Origin: a virus
Lineage: Duplodnaviria; Caudoviricetes
Strand: one strand, 5' to 3'
DNA length: 46,868 bases
Virus record (IMG/VR): IMGVR_UViG_3300032225_002469
Span: 1 to 46,868 of that record
The notes under the pieces are model-generated. The model worked only from the letters and a program-made list of their open reading frames with translations, had not been told where the DNA came from and did not search any database. The translations under genes were made by a program, and so were the position numbers. Positions 1-7,810 of this stretch are shown piece after piece (within the stretch, counting starts at the first letter, position 1; every line of letters begins with the position of its first letter).

Positions 1-675
1 CTCCGGGCACTTGGTGCCATGCTCGCCCACTTTGACGGAGGGGACTATGCACGACTTGTTAGCAACCCTGATCGGGACGTTCATTTCCATAATGCTTGTC
101 TGTTCGGTATCCATAGTGCTGATTTTCCTATAGAGAAGGCGACGAGAGATCTCAGCAAGCGTTTAATCTATTGCATACTTTACGGAGGTGGTGCAAAGAA
201 GACAGGTTCAATTGTGGTGCCAAATGAAAGTGAGCATACACAGTACGAAATAGGCAAGAAAACTATCAATACTTTTTATAAAAATCTTCCCGCAATTAAA
301 CAGCTTAAAGATTTAATTGATAAACGAATTACAGAGCGGGGTTATCTTATTGGTATTGATGGGCGTCGTCTACAGATTCGCTCCAGGCATTCGGCATTAA
401 ACCAACTACTGCAATCAACGGGAGCTATAACAGTCAAGAAGGCTACAACAATTCTCTATGATGATCTAACTAATAAGGGTTTGAAGTGGGGTAAAGATTT
501 TGGATTTGTTGCGCATATACACGATGAAGTACAGGCCTTAGTTAAACCTGAATATGTTGATCTTTATAAAGATTTAGCTACTAATTCGTTCCGTAAGTCT
601 GGTGAATACTTTAACTTAAAGTGCCCAATGACTGGTGAGTCCAGAGTGGGTCAGAACTGGATGGAGACTCACTGA
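1..675 (+). CDS. Family A (T7-like) DNA polymerase, C-terminal part (5'-truncated by window edge)
   Basis: Motif B-like KRLIYCILYGGG, HSALNQLLQSTGA, motif C AHIHDEVQ, terminal GQNWMETH typical of phage PolA. Confidence 0.93.
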   Translation, partial: LRALGAMLAHFDGGDYARLVSNPDRDVHFHNACLFGIHSADFPIEKATRDLSKRLIYCILYGGGAKKTGSIVVPNESEHTQYEIGKKTINTFYKNLPAIKQLKDLIDKRITERGYLIGIDGRRLQIRSRHSALNQLLQSTGAITVKKATTILYDDLTNKGLKWGKDFGFVAHIHDEVQALVKPEYVDLYKDLATNSFRKSGEYFNLKCPMTGESRVGQNWMETH

Positions 676-959
676 TGCCCAACCCACGGCATCCTTCCTT
701 GCATAAATTGCCCCAGGGCGTAACGCGCTTCGTTTTCAATTGCATGCCCTGCCCTACGTCCTACATCGGTCTTGGGATTTACTTTCAAACCAAACGGTGT
801 ATTAGAAGCAGCATTCACAATCGTGTTGAGCGGTGATCCTTGCTTACCCTGCATAAACAACCCAGCACCAACTTAGGAGCGGCTTCCAGACGACGCTGCC
901 AATCGTCCAGCATTTCTGAATAATCGGGCACGTTACTTAATACTTTCTTCTCTTGCCAT
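669..959 (-). pseudogene. Possible disrupted small gene with two in-frame TAA stops
   Basis: ATG at 959, just downstream of a TATACT -10-like box, is in frame with the 669..860 ORF: MAREESIK*RARLFRNAGRLAASSGSRS*VGAGLFMQGKQG... Confidence 0.3.
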
Positions 960-1003
960 CCTACCAAAACCTAGTATAGTAACTGGGCTCTTACGCACAC
1001 ACC

Positions 1004-1174
1004 ATGAGGCCCCAAAAAATCGACGCTATCAAGGCGTCACTCGACGATATGAGTTTGGAAGAGTTGCAAGAGATGAGCGACGATCTCACAAGTCTCATTG
1101 AAGTCTTCATTCAACGCCAAGAAGCCGTGGAATCTGCCATCGTTGATCACCTTGCAGGGATTTTTGAAAAATGA
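1004..1174 (+). CDS. Small acidic helical hypothetical protein (56 aa, below ORF-track cutoff)
   Basis: MRPQKIDAIKASLDDMSLEELQEMSDDL...GIFEK*; ATGA overlap with the deaminase start. Confidence 0.7.
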   Translation: MRPQKIDAIKASLDDMSLEELQEMSDDLTSLIEVFIQRQEAVESAIVDHLAGIFEK

Positions 1175-1623
1175 CATTTCAAGAAGAAAAATGGGATGTT
1201 CGTTTTATTAAATTAGCCAAAGAAGTTTCTACTTGGAGTATTGATCCGTCAACCAAAGTTGGTTGCGTTTTGGTTAAAGACAAAAAAGTTGTATCTCTTG
1301 GATATAATGGATTTCCAAAAGGCATTAGCGATAGCTTTGATCGTTTAATGGCGCGGGAACAGAAATATGAGATTACCGTTCACGCCGAGGTTAACGCGGT
1401 GACAACCGCTGCGCTGCATGGAGTCTCAACCGAAGGCTCAACAGCGTACATCACGTTAATGCCCTGCAGCCGGTGCGCTTCCGTACTAATCAACGCCGGG
1501 GTAACCTCTGTCTGTGTTCTTACCAACCCAGTCATCCCTGATCGCTGGCTTAAGAATTTTATCCTGGCCAGCAAACTCCTAGCCGAAGCTGGGGTAACAT
1601 ACCAAACGATCGACATCCACTGA
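1171..1623 (+). CDS. dCMP deaminase (ComEB/cytidine deaminase family)
   Basis: STKVGCVL, GYNGFP, Zn-binding HAE and PCSRC motifs. Confidence 0.92.
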   Translation: MTFQEEKWDVRFIKLAKEVSTWSIDPSTKVGCVLVKDKKVVSLGYNGFPKGISDSFDRLMAREQKYEITVHAEVNAVTTAALHGVSTEGSTAYITLMPCSRCASVLINAGVTSVCVLTNPVIPDRWLKNFILASKLLAEAGVTYQTIDIH

Positions 1624-1632
1624 TCAGCACAC

Positions 1633-2349
1633 ATGAACTCTCTACTCGCAACCGGCGTCTACCAGGGGGAGAAATTCCTCGACAACGGTCTCCGCTTCCT
1701 TCAGGTATCTCTTCCCAAGATCGGTAAGTCTGGGAGTGATACACCGTTGCTGGTACTGCCGAACCGGGCGGCTGGTGAAACCTTTGATGTGCTCCAGCCA
1801 GGGGCAAAAATCCTTGTTGGCGGAAGGCTTTACCCGAATCGCCAAGACTACAAGATGTATGTGGTACCGAACCAACCCGTCCAACTGGTGAGCGGTAACC
1901 TGTCCATTAATCAGGTAAACCTGGCCGGTGGCGTCGGGTTTATTCCAGAACAGGTGAAAGAAGATCTGTTTACGTTTACGCTGATGTGCTCCGCTCCGGC
2001 ACAGCAGGTGCTGAACCACAGTTGGGAAGACAGTCTCAGTTTCCGCATCGAGAGCTGGAGTGACGATGCTAAGCGGCTGAATACGTTCTTGCATGTGGGT
2101 CGACAGATGGATTTGTGCGGTGTACTCCGTTACAACACCTGGACTGCCCAGGATGGATCCCCCAGGGGGACGTACCAAGTGCGGGTACGTGCTGGATTGT
2201 ACTCCGTCTTTGGGAAGGGCAAGAAGAAGGAAGGGCAAGAGGTGGAAACCGCCCAACCGGCTGCACCTGAGGTGCGTTTGCCGCTACAGCAAGGAGTGGT
2301 GTCGGATAATGCACCCTGCTCGGTGAACACCGACACTATCCCTTTCTGA
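1633..2349 (+). CDS. Single-stranded DNA-binding protein-like, probably two OB folds
   Basis: SSB-like strands (ILVGGRL; HVGRQMDLCGVLRYNTW), low-complexity linker and C-terminal DTIPF resembling the SSB tip DDIPF. Confidence 0.7.
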   Translation: MNSLLATGVYQGEKFLDNGLRFLQVSLPKIGKSGSDTPLLVLPNRAAGETFDVLQPGAKILVGGRLYPNRQDYKMYVVPNQPVQLVSGNLSINQVNLAGGVGFIPEQVKEDLFTFTLMCSAPAQQVLNHSWEDSLSFRIESWSDDAKRLNTFLHVGRQMDLCGVLRYNTWTAQDGSPRGTYQVRVRAGLYSVFGKGKKKEGQEVETAQPAAPEVRLPLQQGVVSDNAPCSVNTDTIPF

Positions 2350-2391
2350 CGTATAAGTTTTTCTTATGCACAGTGCAAGGGTCTTGCACTT

Positions 2392-2400
2392 TGCTAAAAT
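2392..2400 (+). promoter_or_regulatory. Extended -10 promoter TGCTAAAAT
   Basis: TGn-TAnnnT match; the same TGCTAnnnT motif recurs at 3898, 9255, 19328 and 20047. Confidence 0.55.
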
Positions 2401-2414
2401 TTGACCGATGGGAC

Positions 2415-2443
2415 GGCTGCAGCAACTTACTGCAGTCTTTTTT
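2415..2443 (+). terminator. Terminator-like hairpin directly upstream of the tRNA-like element
   Basis: ggctgcag-caactta-ctgcagtc stem-loop followed by T6. Confidence 0.5.
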
Positions 2444-2513
2444 CCTTGGGTCGGCGCCAGCCTGGTGTTCAAAGCCAGTGTCTGTTCGGGTTCAACTCCC
2501 GTTCCGGGGACCA
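2444..2513 (+). tRNA. Non-canonical tRNA-like RNA lacking a D-stem, anticodon UCA, encoded CCA
   Basis: Acceptor ccttggg/tccgggg + A + CCA; anticodon arm ctggt-gtTCAaa-gccag; T-arm cggg-TTCAACT-cccg; only 11 nt where the D-arm should be. Confidence 0.7.
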
Positions 2514-2535
2514 ACAAACCATCCTCCTGACTGTA

Positions 2536-3453
2536 ATGTCTGTACTTGATCGCTACTTAAATGCTGAAAAGTATCAAGGGATCATGCGTGATTTCTGTAA
2601 CGCACAAATCCTGAACGATAAAACAAAATGCGGTCTCTTCCTTAAAGAGAACGTGCTTTCCCGCATCGGTTGGAATGCTGATGTTTCTGAATTTCCAGAC
2701 GGCGAAGAGTACGAGCACACCTATAACAATGGTGACTCCAACAAAGGACTGTTCTTTAAAACTCCGCGCATGGTGATTCTTCACTGTGGCTTCCGTAAAG
2801 ACACCACCTTTATTGAAAACTCTGATAAAGCAGGGATTGAAGGGATCTACCCCCGTGACTCCTTCCTTTATGACGATTGGGAAGAGCAGAACCCCGGCAA
2901 ACCGAGCCCCTACAAGCGTCGTCGCCTGATCCTCATGTTCCTTGTGAACAAAGACGGTGTTGCGGTCCACAAGAAACCGTTGATCCTTTCGCTCCACGGC
3001 GGTGCATCTAACATGTTCTGCGATGCCTATGGCACTTTCATTGAACAGTTAGAATCTGCTTTTGCAGAAGCTACCGGGCAGAAGGGCAGCGTTGGTTTTG
3101 ATCCCAAGCAATCAGCGGCGGCAATCTTCACACCTACCTTTGGCGCTGAACTTTATGGCACTTCGGCTAAGAGCTGGATTTCCTATCCCAAGCAGTGGGT
3201 TGTTCCTACAGCAAAAACCATCACCAATTTCTTCCCTAAGAAAGACGAAGACATCGACTTCGTTGAAGACGTGTGGGAAACCTGTCCTCCGACAGTCTAT
3301 GCGCGGCCGTTCTTCGAGCAATGCGAAAAAGAAATTGGAATCAATGCTATCAAACCGGGCGTGGATTTCTCACTCCCGGCGATCGATGGTGGTCGCGGAA
3401 CTAAAACACTGCTAGGGGCCCGCGATGCAGACACAGGGGAAATACAGCTATAA
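2536..3453 (+). CDS. DUF5895-like cyanobacterial/phage protein
   Basis: Likely start ATG 2536 because the longer ORF runs through the tRNA-like element. Motifs AQIL..CGLF..IGW, KGLFFKTPRM and FLVNKDG..HKKPL resemble DUF5895 as I recall it. Confidence 0.55.
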   Translation: MSVLDRYLNAEKYQGIMRDFCNAQILNDKTKCGLFLKENVLSRIGWNADVSEFPDGEEYEHTYNNGDSNKGLFFKTPRMVILHCGFRKDTTFIENSDKAGIEGIYPRDSFLYDDWEEQNPGKPSPYKRRRLILMFLVNKDGVAVHKKPLILSLHGGASNMFCDAYGTFIEQLESAFAEATGQKGSVGFDPKQSAAAIFTPTFGAELYGTSAKSWISYPKQWVVPTAKTITNFFPKKDEDIDFVEDVWETCPPTVYARPFFEQCEKEIGINAIKPGVDFSLPAIDGGRGTKTLLGARDADTGEIQL

Positions 3454-3476
3454 TTTAAACATACAAACAAGTCATC

Positions 3477-3504
3477 AAAACCCAACAGTTAGTTGGGTTT
3501 TTTT
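3477..3504 (+). terminator. Intrinsic terminator, possibly bidirectional
   Basis: aaaacccaac-agtta-gttgggtttt followed by a T-run. Confidence 0.7.
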
Positions 3505-3516
3505 CTTTCTAATATT

Positions 3517-3861
3517 ATGAACGGTTTTGACGCCCGCGTGCTCAGCACTCCAGAGCCAATGAAAGCGGATTTACTTACAATTTTAGATACAGCTGAAGCT
3601 GTTAGTATTTTTGTAAGAACGCATCAATTTGATCCTGAATTAGCAAAAAGCGCGTTGTTTATTTCTAAACTAACGGAGCTTGCTTTGTCCCGGTACCCGC
3701 TGTGCACTGAAGAACATGTAGAGGCGGCACCCGTTGCAAATGCTCCAGTTGTAGCTGAAGTTGCTCCTGCTCCAGCGGTAACTGAGAACATGTCCTGCGA
3801 CGCAGTGGTGGCACCTGTCGTGGAACCTGCACCTGCTGTTGTTGCAGACCCCGCCTCTTGA
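3517..3861 (+). CDS. Hypothetical protein with Ala/Pro/Val-rich tail
   Basis: Open frame after the terminator; first ATG at 3517. Confidence 0.6.
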   Translation: MNGFDARVLSTPEPMKADLLTILDTAEAVSIFVRTHQFDPELAKSALFISKLTELALSRYPLCTEEHVEAAPVANAPVVAEVAPAPAVTENMSCDAVVAPVVEPAPAVVADPAS

Positions 3862-3921
3862 TCTGTTTAACTAGCAGCTAAACCCCCTCCCCTGATCTGC
3901 TAAACTGCTACCGGAATGTTG

Positions 3922-3948
3922 AGCCAGGCCTTCGGGTCTGGCTTTTTT
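3922..3948 (+). terminator. Intrinsic terminator with UUCG tetraloop
   Basis: agccaggcc-TTCG-ggtctggct followed by a T-run, between convergent genes. Confidence 0.8.
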
Positions 3949-4189
3949 ATTCTTCGTAACGGGTTTTGATCGTCTCGCACTCCAGGTTGGCCAACCGCCT
4001 GACAAGGCCACGGATGAATGTTTGCCGCATTACAGCAAGCTCTAGCAACTTGATCGCACCTTCCTTCATCACCTCAAGACTTGTTACGTTTTCTAACTCT
4101 TGCTTGATTTTTGCTAGCAGGAACTTGTCCTCTAGGGATTGCTCAAACTCCTCACCTTCAAAAGGAATCTCAACAAGATCAAATGCCAT
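3947..4189 (-). CDS. nblA: NblA-like phycobilisome degradation adaptor (copy 1)
   Basis: QSLEDKFLLAKIKQELENVTSLEVMKEGAIKLLELAVMRQTFIRGLV follows the NblA helix-loop-helix pattern (LSLEQQF...L.KLYEQM..RE..Y..L). Confidence 0.55.
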   Translation of the reverse strand: MAFDLVEIPFEGEEFEQSLEDKFLLAKIKQELENVTSLEVMKEGAIKLLELAVMRQTFIRGLVRRLANLECETIKTRYEE

Positions 4190-4309
4190 TGATCCCTGGC
4201 GTAGTGGTAACAGTCTACGCTGCCACAAACCTTAACCACGTAGCAATCTGCTACATGCTTGACACCAGGGGTAAAAAAGCTAGACTGTCACTGGCTTCCA
4301 CCCAAGCAC

Positions 4310-4447
4310 ATGGCCCAAAAATCCACTAGCAGCATTGCGCACAAAGAAGGCGTCCCCAAGCGCACGTCCATCGGTCAAGGTCGTAGGAAGCGCGGTTCCT
4401 GGAAAATCCAGCGCAAAAAGCCTCTTCGCGGACAAGGTAAAGGCTGA
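4310..4447 (+). CDS. Small basic protein ending KPLRGQGKG
   Basis: 45 aa, Lys/Arg-rich; the PKRTS...RGQGK pattern resembles small basic cyanophage proteins. Confidence 0.65.
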   Translation: MAQKSTSSIAHKEGVPKRTSIGQGRRKRGSWKIQRKKPLRGQGKG

Positions 4448-4555
4448 TTAAGGAGGGGTGCAGCCAGGCACGCTGCATTAAACGTGAAGTCCCCAGACGT
4501 ATGCTCTAAACTTCCGCCCCACACTTTTACAACACTCTACTTATTTACACAAAAC

Positions 4556-4888
4556 ATGAATTACTATCACCTCGACAATCCTGATGTTTATTACGAGTGT
4601 TTTGATAAAGAAGTTGAACACTATGTCAAGTTAATGTCTAAATTAGACAACGCAATTATTATGGCAAATCTTTCTCTTCCTGGAAAATCTAAAGATCTAT
4701 TTGATATGGTAGATGCCATGATTTATTCAGTAGAGAAACGGTATAAAAAAGAACATAATATTGAGGAAGAAGATCGTGGTTTGTATTTTTCTGAAGTAAC
4801 CGAAGGTAAGTTAATTGACAACATGAGGAATATGTTGAAAGAAGAAGTCATCAGTTATTTTGACCAACTTTCAGGCGCTGCTAAATGA
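4556..4888 (+). CDS. Hypothetical protein
   Basis: ATG at 4556; stop overlaps the next start (ATGA). Confidence 0.65.
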   Translation: MNYYHLDNPDVYYECFDKEVEHYVKLMSKLDNAIIMANLSLPGKSKDLFDMVDAMIYSVEKRYKKEHNIEEEDRGLYFSEVTEGKLIDNMRNMLKEEVISYFDQLSGAAK

Positions 4889-5091
4889 CTGAGCGTAAAA
4901 CTTGGCTTTGTGAAGTTGATGACGATGGCATCCTCACATTCCCTGATGAACTTTTAAGTCTTCAGGGGTGGAAAGAAGGCGACGACATTAACTTTGACAT
5001 CCTTCCTGACGGCACACTAATTCTCACCAAGGTAACAATCAATGGATCTGAAGACAATCAAGCAGAATTTAATTCGTCGGATGAGTGTTAA
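4885..5091 (+). CDS. AbrB/MazE/SpoVT-family DNA-binding protein
   Basis: EVDDDGILTFPDELLSLQGWKEGDDINF..LILTK swapped-hairpin signature. Confidence 0.75.
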   Translation: MTERKTWLCEVDDDGILTFPDELLSLQGWKEGDDINFDILPDGTLILTKVTINGSEDNQAEFNSSDEC

Positions 5092-5221
5092 TTATCTTGC
5101 TTACATGGGACAAGTCGACATTGATGCCGAGTGGCTAGAAGGTTACTTCCAGGCCAAGAAGGATGCCGATGCTTTCCTTTCCCAACTGCAAATTTACGAA
5201 CCCTACAACGATGAAAACTAA
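5042..5221 (+). CDS. Small hypothetical protein (59 aa, below cutoff)
   Basis: MDLKTIKQNLIRRMSVNYLAYMGQVDIDAEWLEGYFQAKKDADAFLSQLQIYEPYNDEN*; fills the gap between neighbours. Confidence 0.55.
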   Translation: MDLKTIKQNLIRRMSVNYLAYMGQVDIDAEWLEGYFQAKKDADAFLSQLQIYEPYNDEN

Positions 5222-5444
5222 ATCCAAAAAACAAGACCAGCCCGCTGTTGTCTGCATCAGCTGCGGGCGCCTCTATGGAAAGTGGTGGCAAAATGGTGAC
5301 TACTCAGGTCCTGCACACCATGTGGCATCCTTCTACGTTGAGGATTGCGACGTGTGTGGTGCTCGCGCCAACTGCACTGAGGCTAGGGATTTCGGGTACC
5401 TAGTTCCAGCCTGGACTGAGCATGCAGCACTTACGTTGAAATAG
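5211..5444 (+). CDS. Small zinc-ribbon protein
   Basis: CISC...CDVC pairs. Confidence 0.6.
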   Translation: MKTKSKKQDQPAVVCISCGRLYGKWWQNGDYSGPAHHVASFYVEDCDVCGARANCTEARDFGYLVPAWTEHAALTLK

Positions 5445-5486
5445 AATTTATTGCATTTAAAATAAAATGTAACTGCAATTAGTTTA

Positions 5487-5825
5487 ATGGGCGCGCGTAA
5501 GTTGAGCAAAAGAGGGAGGGCAATGGAACAGTCTTCCCAAGCACGTAACGACATGGCACGCCAAGGTGAACAAGAACGTGCAAGTTTCATGCAAGATCGT
5601 GCATCACAAGCGGCGAAAGAACAACAAGCTTACGACCTTGCAGCACAACAAGCACGGCCCTATCAACAGGCACAGCCATATCCAAGACCTACTATTTCTT
5701 TTAGTCGTCAACAACCACAAGTTCAGCCTTACGGGAGTCCTGGTATGACAAAGGCGGAACTTGCTAACCAAGCTGCCCGTTATCAAGCAGAGCAAGATAG
5801 GCAGCGTGTTAATAGGGGTTATTAA
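5487..5825 (+). CDS. Gln/Arg-rich low-complexity hypothetical protein
   Basis: Open frame with coherent composition. Confidence 0.55.
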   Translation: MGARKLSKRGRAMEQSSQARNDMARQGEQERASFMQDRASQAAKEQQAYDLAAQQARPYQQAQPYPRPTISFSRQQPQVQPYGSPGMTKAELANQAARYQAEQDRQRVNRGY

Positions 5826-5829
5826 AACC

Positions 5830-7191
5830 TCAGCGGCTGATTTCCTCCCAATCTAACGACGCATAAATACTTCCACCGCCGTCACTTGTCACGGCTAATG
5901 TAAGTTCAGATGGTGTAGAAGTGAAAGTATTTCGTTCTAATTGAAAGCTGAATAAAGCCGCTTTCAAGATGTCAATTGTTGCGCTTGATTGGTTAGATGA
6001 ACTTGTATAACCTGATGCTAATACGCGTCCTCCGGAAAAACTAGTTCCTGTAATGTTATATTCAACTGAAGAGCTGGCTCCTGCACTGACCCAAGTACCT
6101 GCAGTTGTTGTTCCACTTGCAACTACTCTCCAGTTGTAATTTACTCCGTTGCCTGTTCCAAGGATAGATAATGCAGTAAGAATAACAATTGCGTCAAGAT
6201 TATTGGGTGAAGATTTTAATCTGATTGATGCAATTGGATAATATGTTCCGGCTGTTGTTGTACTTCTTGCTGCAGTAATGGGAATATTTATTGCTTGTTG
6301 CAAACCGCGTAGCTCATATCCGCCTTCTGAAATTACCGTAGAACAAACTTGTTTTAGTGTGCTGGCACTTGCTGTAGCGCCTGTATTTTCAAGTTCATAA
6401 CGCAATGGTAATGATGCCGTAGTGATATATGTTGTTGCAACTATGTTGGCGTGATGGAATTGATGGCAAAGAATAAACTTTCCATCAATAACAAATCCCA
6501 TGCGAACGGTGCCAAGCCCAAGCCACTCAATATCCATCCACATAATCTGGGCTTTTGTAATATCCAGTGTCATCCCAGATGGTCCAGTACCATCCATTTT
6601 GTCGTAATTCCAGTTGGGTTGAGAAACTTTAGTGTTTACGACGGCGCCACTAACTGAACTACGTTCAACAAACGAAAGAGAACTACTTCCAGTTCCGTTT
6701 AGTTCCAGGTACATTCCATTGCTATCGCCAAAGTAACCAAGTCTTTGCCTGAGGTTTGTCTTCGCTGGTGACATAACAAATGTTGTCATCACTAACAAAG
6801 ATTTGCCGGGTAAATAAGCAAATACTTTTGTTGTTTCACGATAAATTGTAGAGCCTGAGGCTGCAGTAACAGTAAGTTCTACTAGACCTTCATTAGCATT
6901 AAATGTAGCTGCTCCTCCATTTGCTGTAGATGTGTTCCAAAGACCGTTATCGTGGTATCTGTGGCTAGAATCAAACAGCGTAAATGGATTGGAGACCCGC
7001 AACCTACTAAAGGCGTCCAGTGCTGCTGACTTGGTTCCCGTGCCAGGATCGGTTGTTACGCTGATCGGTTGCCCGGTAACCGTGACAGGTACATTATTGG
7101 TTACGTTTACGTTGGTTGACTCGGTGTTCATCGGGCGAGTCTTGATGACTTCATACCTGTTCTGGTCCACCGAATCGATGATAGTTGCCAC
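5830..7191 (-). CDS. Beta-rich virion/tail-associated protein, paralog of 29528..32686
   Basis: DAFSRLRVSNP and KAQIMWMDIEWLGLGTVRMG correspond to DPVGKLRVSNP and KMQMMYIDYAWYGAGAIRFG; Thr/Ser/Gly-rich. Confidence 0.7.
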   Translation of the reverse strand: MATIIDSVDQNRYEVIKTRPMNTESTNVNVTNNVPVTVTGQPISVTTDPGTGTKSAALDAFSRLRVSNPFTLFDSSHRYHDNGLWNTSTANGGAATFNANEGLVELTVTAASGSTIYRETTKVFAYLPGKSLLVMTTFVMSPAKTNLRQRLGYFGDSNGMYLELNGTGSSSLSFVERSSVSGAVVNTKVSQPNWNYDKMDGTGPSGMTLDITKAQIMWMDIEWLGLGTVRMGFVIDGKFILCHQFHHANIVATTYITTASLPLRYELENTGATASASTLKQVCSTVISEGGYELRGLQQAINIPITAARSTTTAGTYYPIASIRLKSSPNNLDAIVILTALSILGTGNGVNYNWRVVASGTTTAGTWVSAGASSSVEYNITGTSFSGGRVLASGYTSSSNQSSATIDILKAALFSFQLERNTFTSTPSELTLAVTSDGGGSIYASLDWEEISR

Positions 7192-7279
7192 GGTTCTACT
7201 GTTTACGTTTGCTCAGTTTAAACGGTTTTGTCCCAGGTGAACAGCCCTAAACTAAATCCGTTGTTATTCTCACTTCACC

Positions 7280-7540
7280 ATGAAAGTCCGCGCAAAGTAC
7301 AAGGGCGGTCCTTCTGAAATCCTAGATTCCATCGTGTTTGAGGACTACGAAATCAAGTCTTTGCGCCACGGGAACACAAACCACGTTCTGTATCGTGCCC
7401 CGCGAACAGAAGACTTTGAACCCTGCTGGACCATGGACTTGGAAACAGCCAAGAAGGGCGTTTTGAAGTGGAAAGAAGCGGGCTGTCCAGAAGTGACAGT
7501 ACCTGAGTGTGGCACCGTAGAATCAAACAAGTCCGAATAA
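7280..7540 (+). CDS. Hypothetical protein
   Basis: ORF in a tightly packed + strand run. Confidence 0.65.
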   Translation: MKVRAKYKGGPSEILDSIVFEDYEIKSLRHGNTNHVLYRAPRTEDFEPCWTMDLETAKKGVLKWKEAGCPEVTVPECGTVESNKSE

Positions 7541-7552
7541 CGTGTAGAAGGA

Positions 7553-7810
7553 ATGGCGCGGCCATCAATGGGTGATATTATCGATGATCTGGCCTACCAG
7601 ATTCACGAATTTTTGTTGGAAGAATCTGTTCCATTCAAAGGTGGCCGCCTCGTTCTCTTACCGATTACAACTCTTGTCAAAAAGTTTGGTCGCAATCACC
7701 GTACCATCAACCGCCGTCTTTCTTCATTGAAAGGTGCTGGCTTGTTAGAGCCTATTATTAAAAAAGATTACACCACCCTTTATTGGGTAAAAGAACAAGA
7801 GGAAGATTAA
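7553..7810 (+). CDS. Winged helix-turn-helix DNA-binding protein
   Basis: ITTLVKKFGRNHRTINRRLSSLKGAGLL HTH pattern. Confidence 0.65.
   Translation: MARPSMGDIIDDLAYQIHEFLLEESVPFKGGRLVLLPITTLVKKFGRNHRTINRRLSSLKGAGLLEPIIKKDYTTLYWVKEQEED

Noticed and set aside
2444-2513. Calling the element tRNA-Sec (selC) or tmRNA
   Set aside because: No long variable arm or extended D-stem and no sel genes seen; no G3-U70 pair, GGGGC 5' end or tag ORF for tmRNA.
2401-2535. 45-aa N-terminal extension of the 2401..3453 ORF
   Set aside because: It starts at TTG and runs through the terminator hairpin and tRNA-like element; ATG 2536 is the more plausible start.
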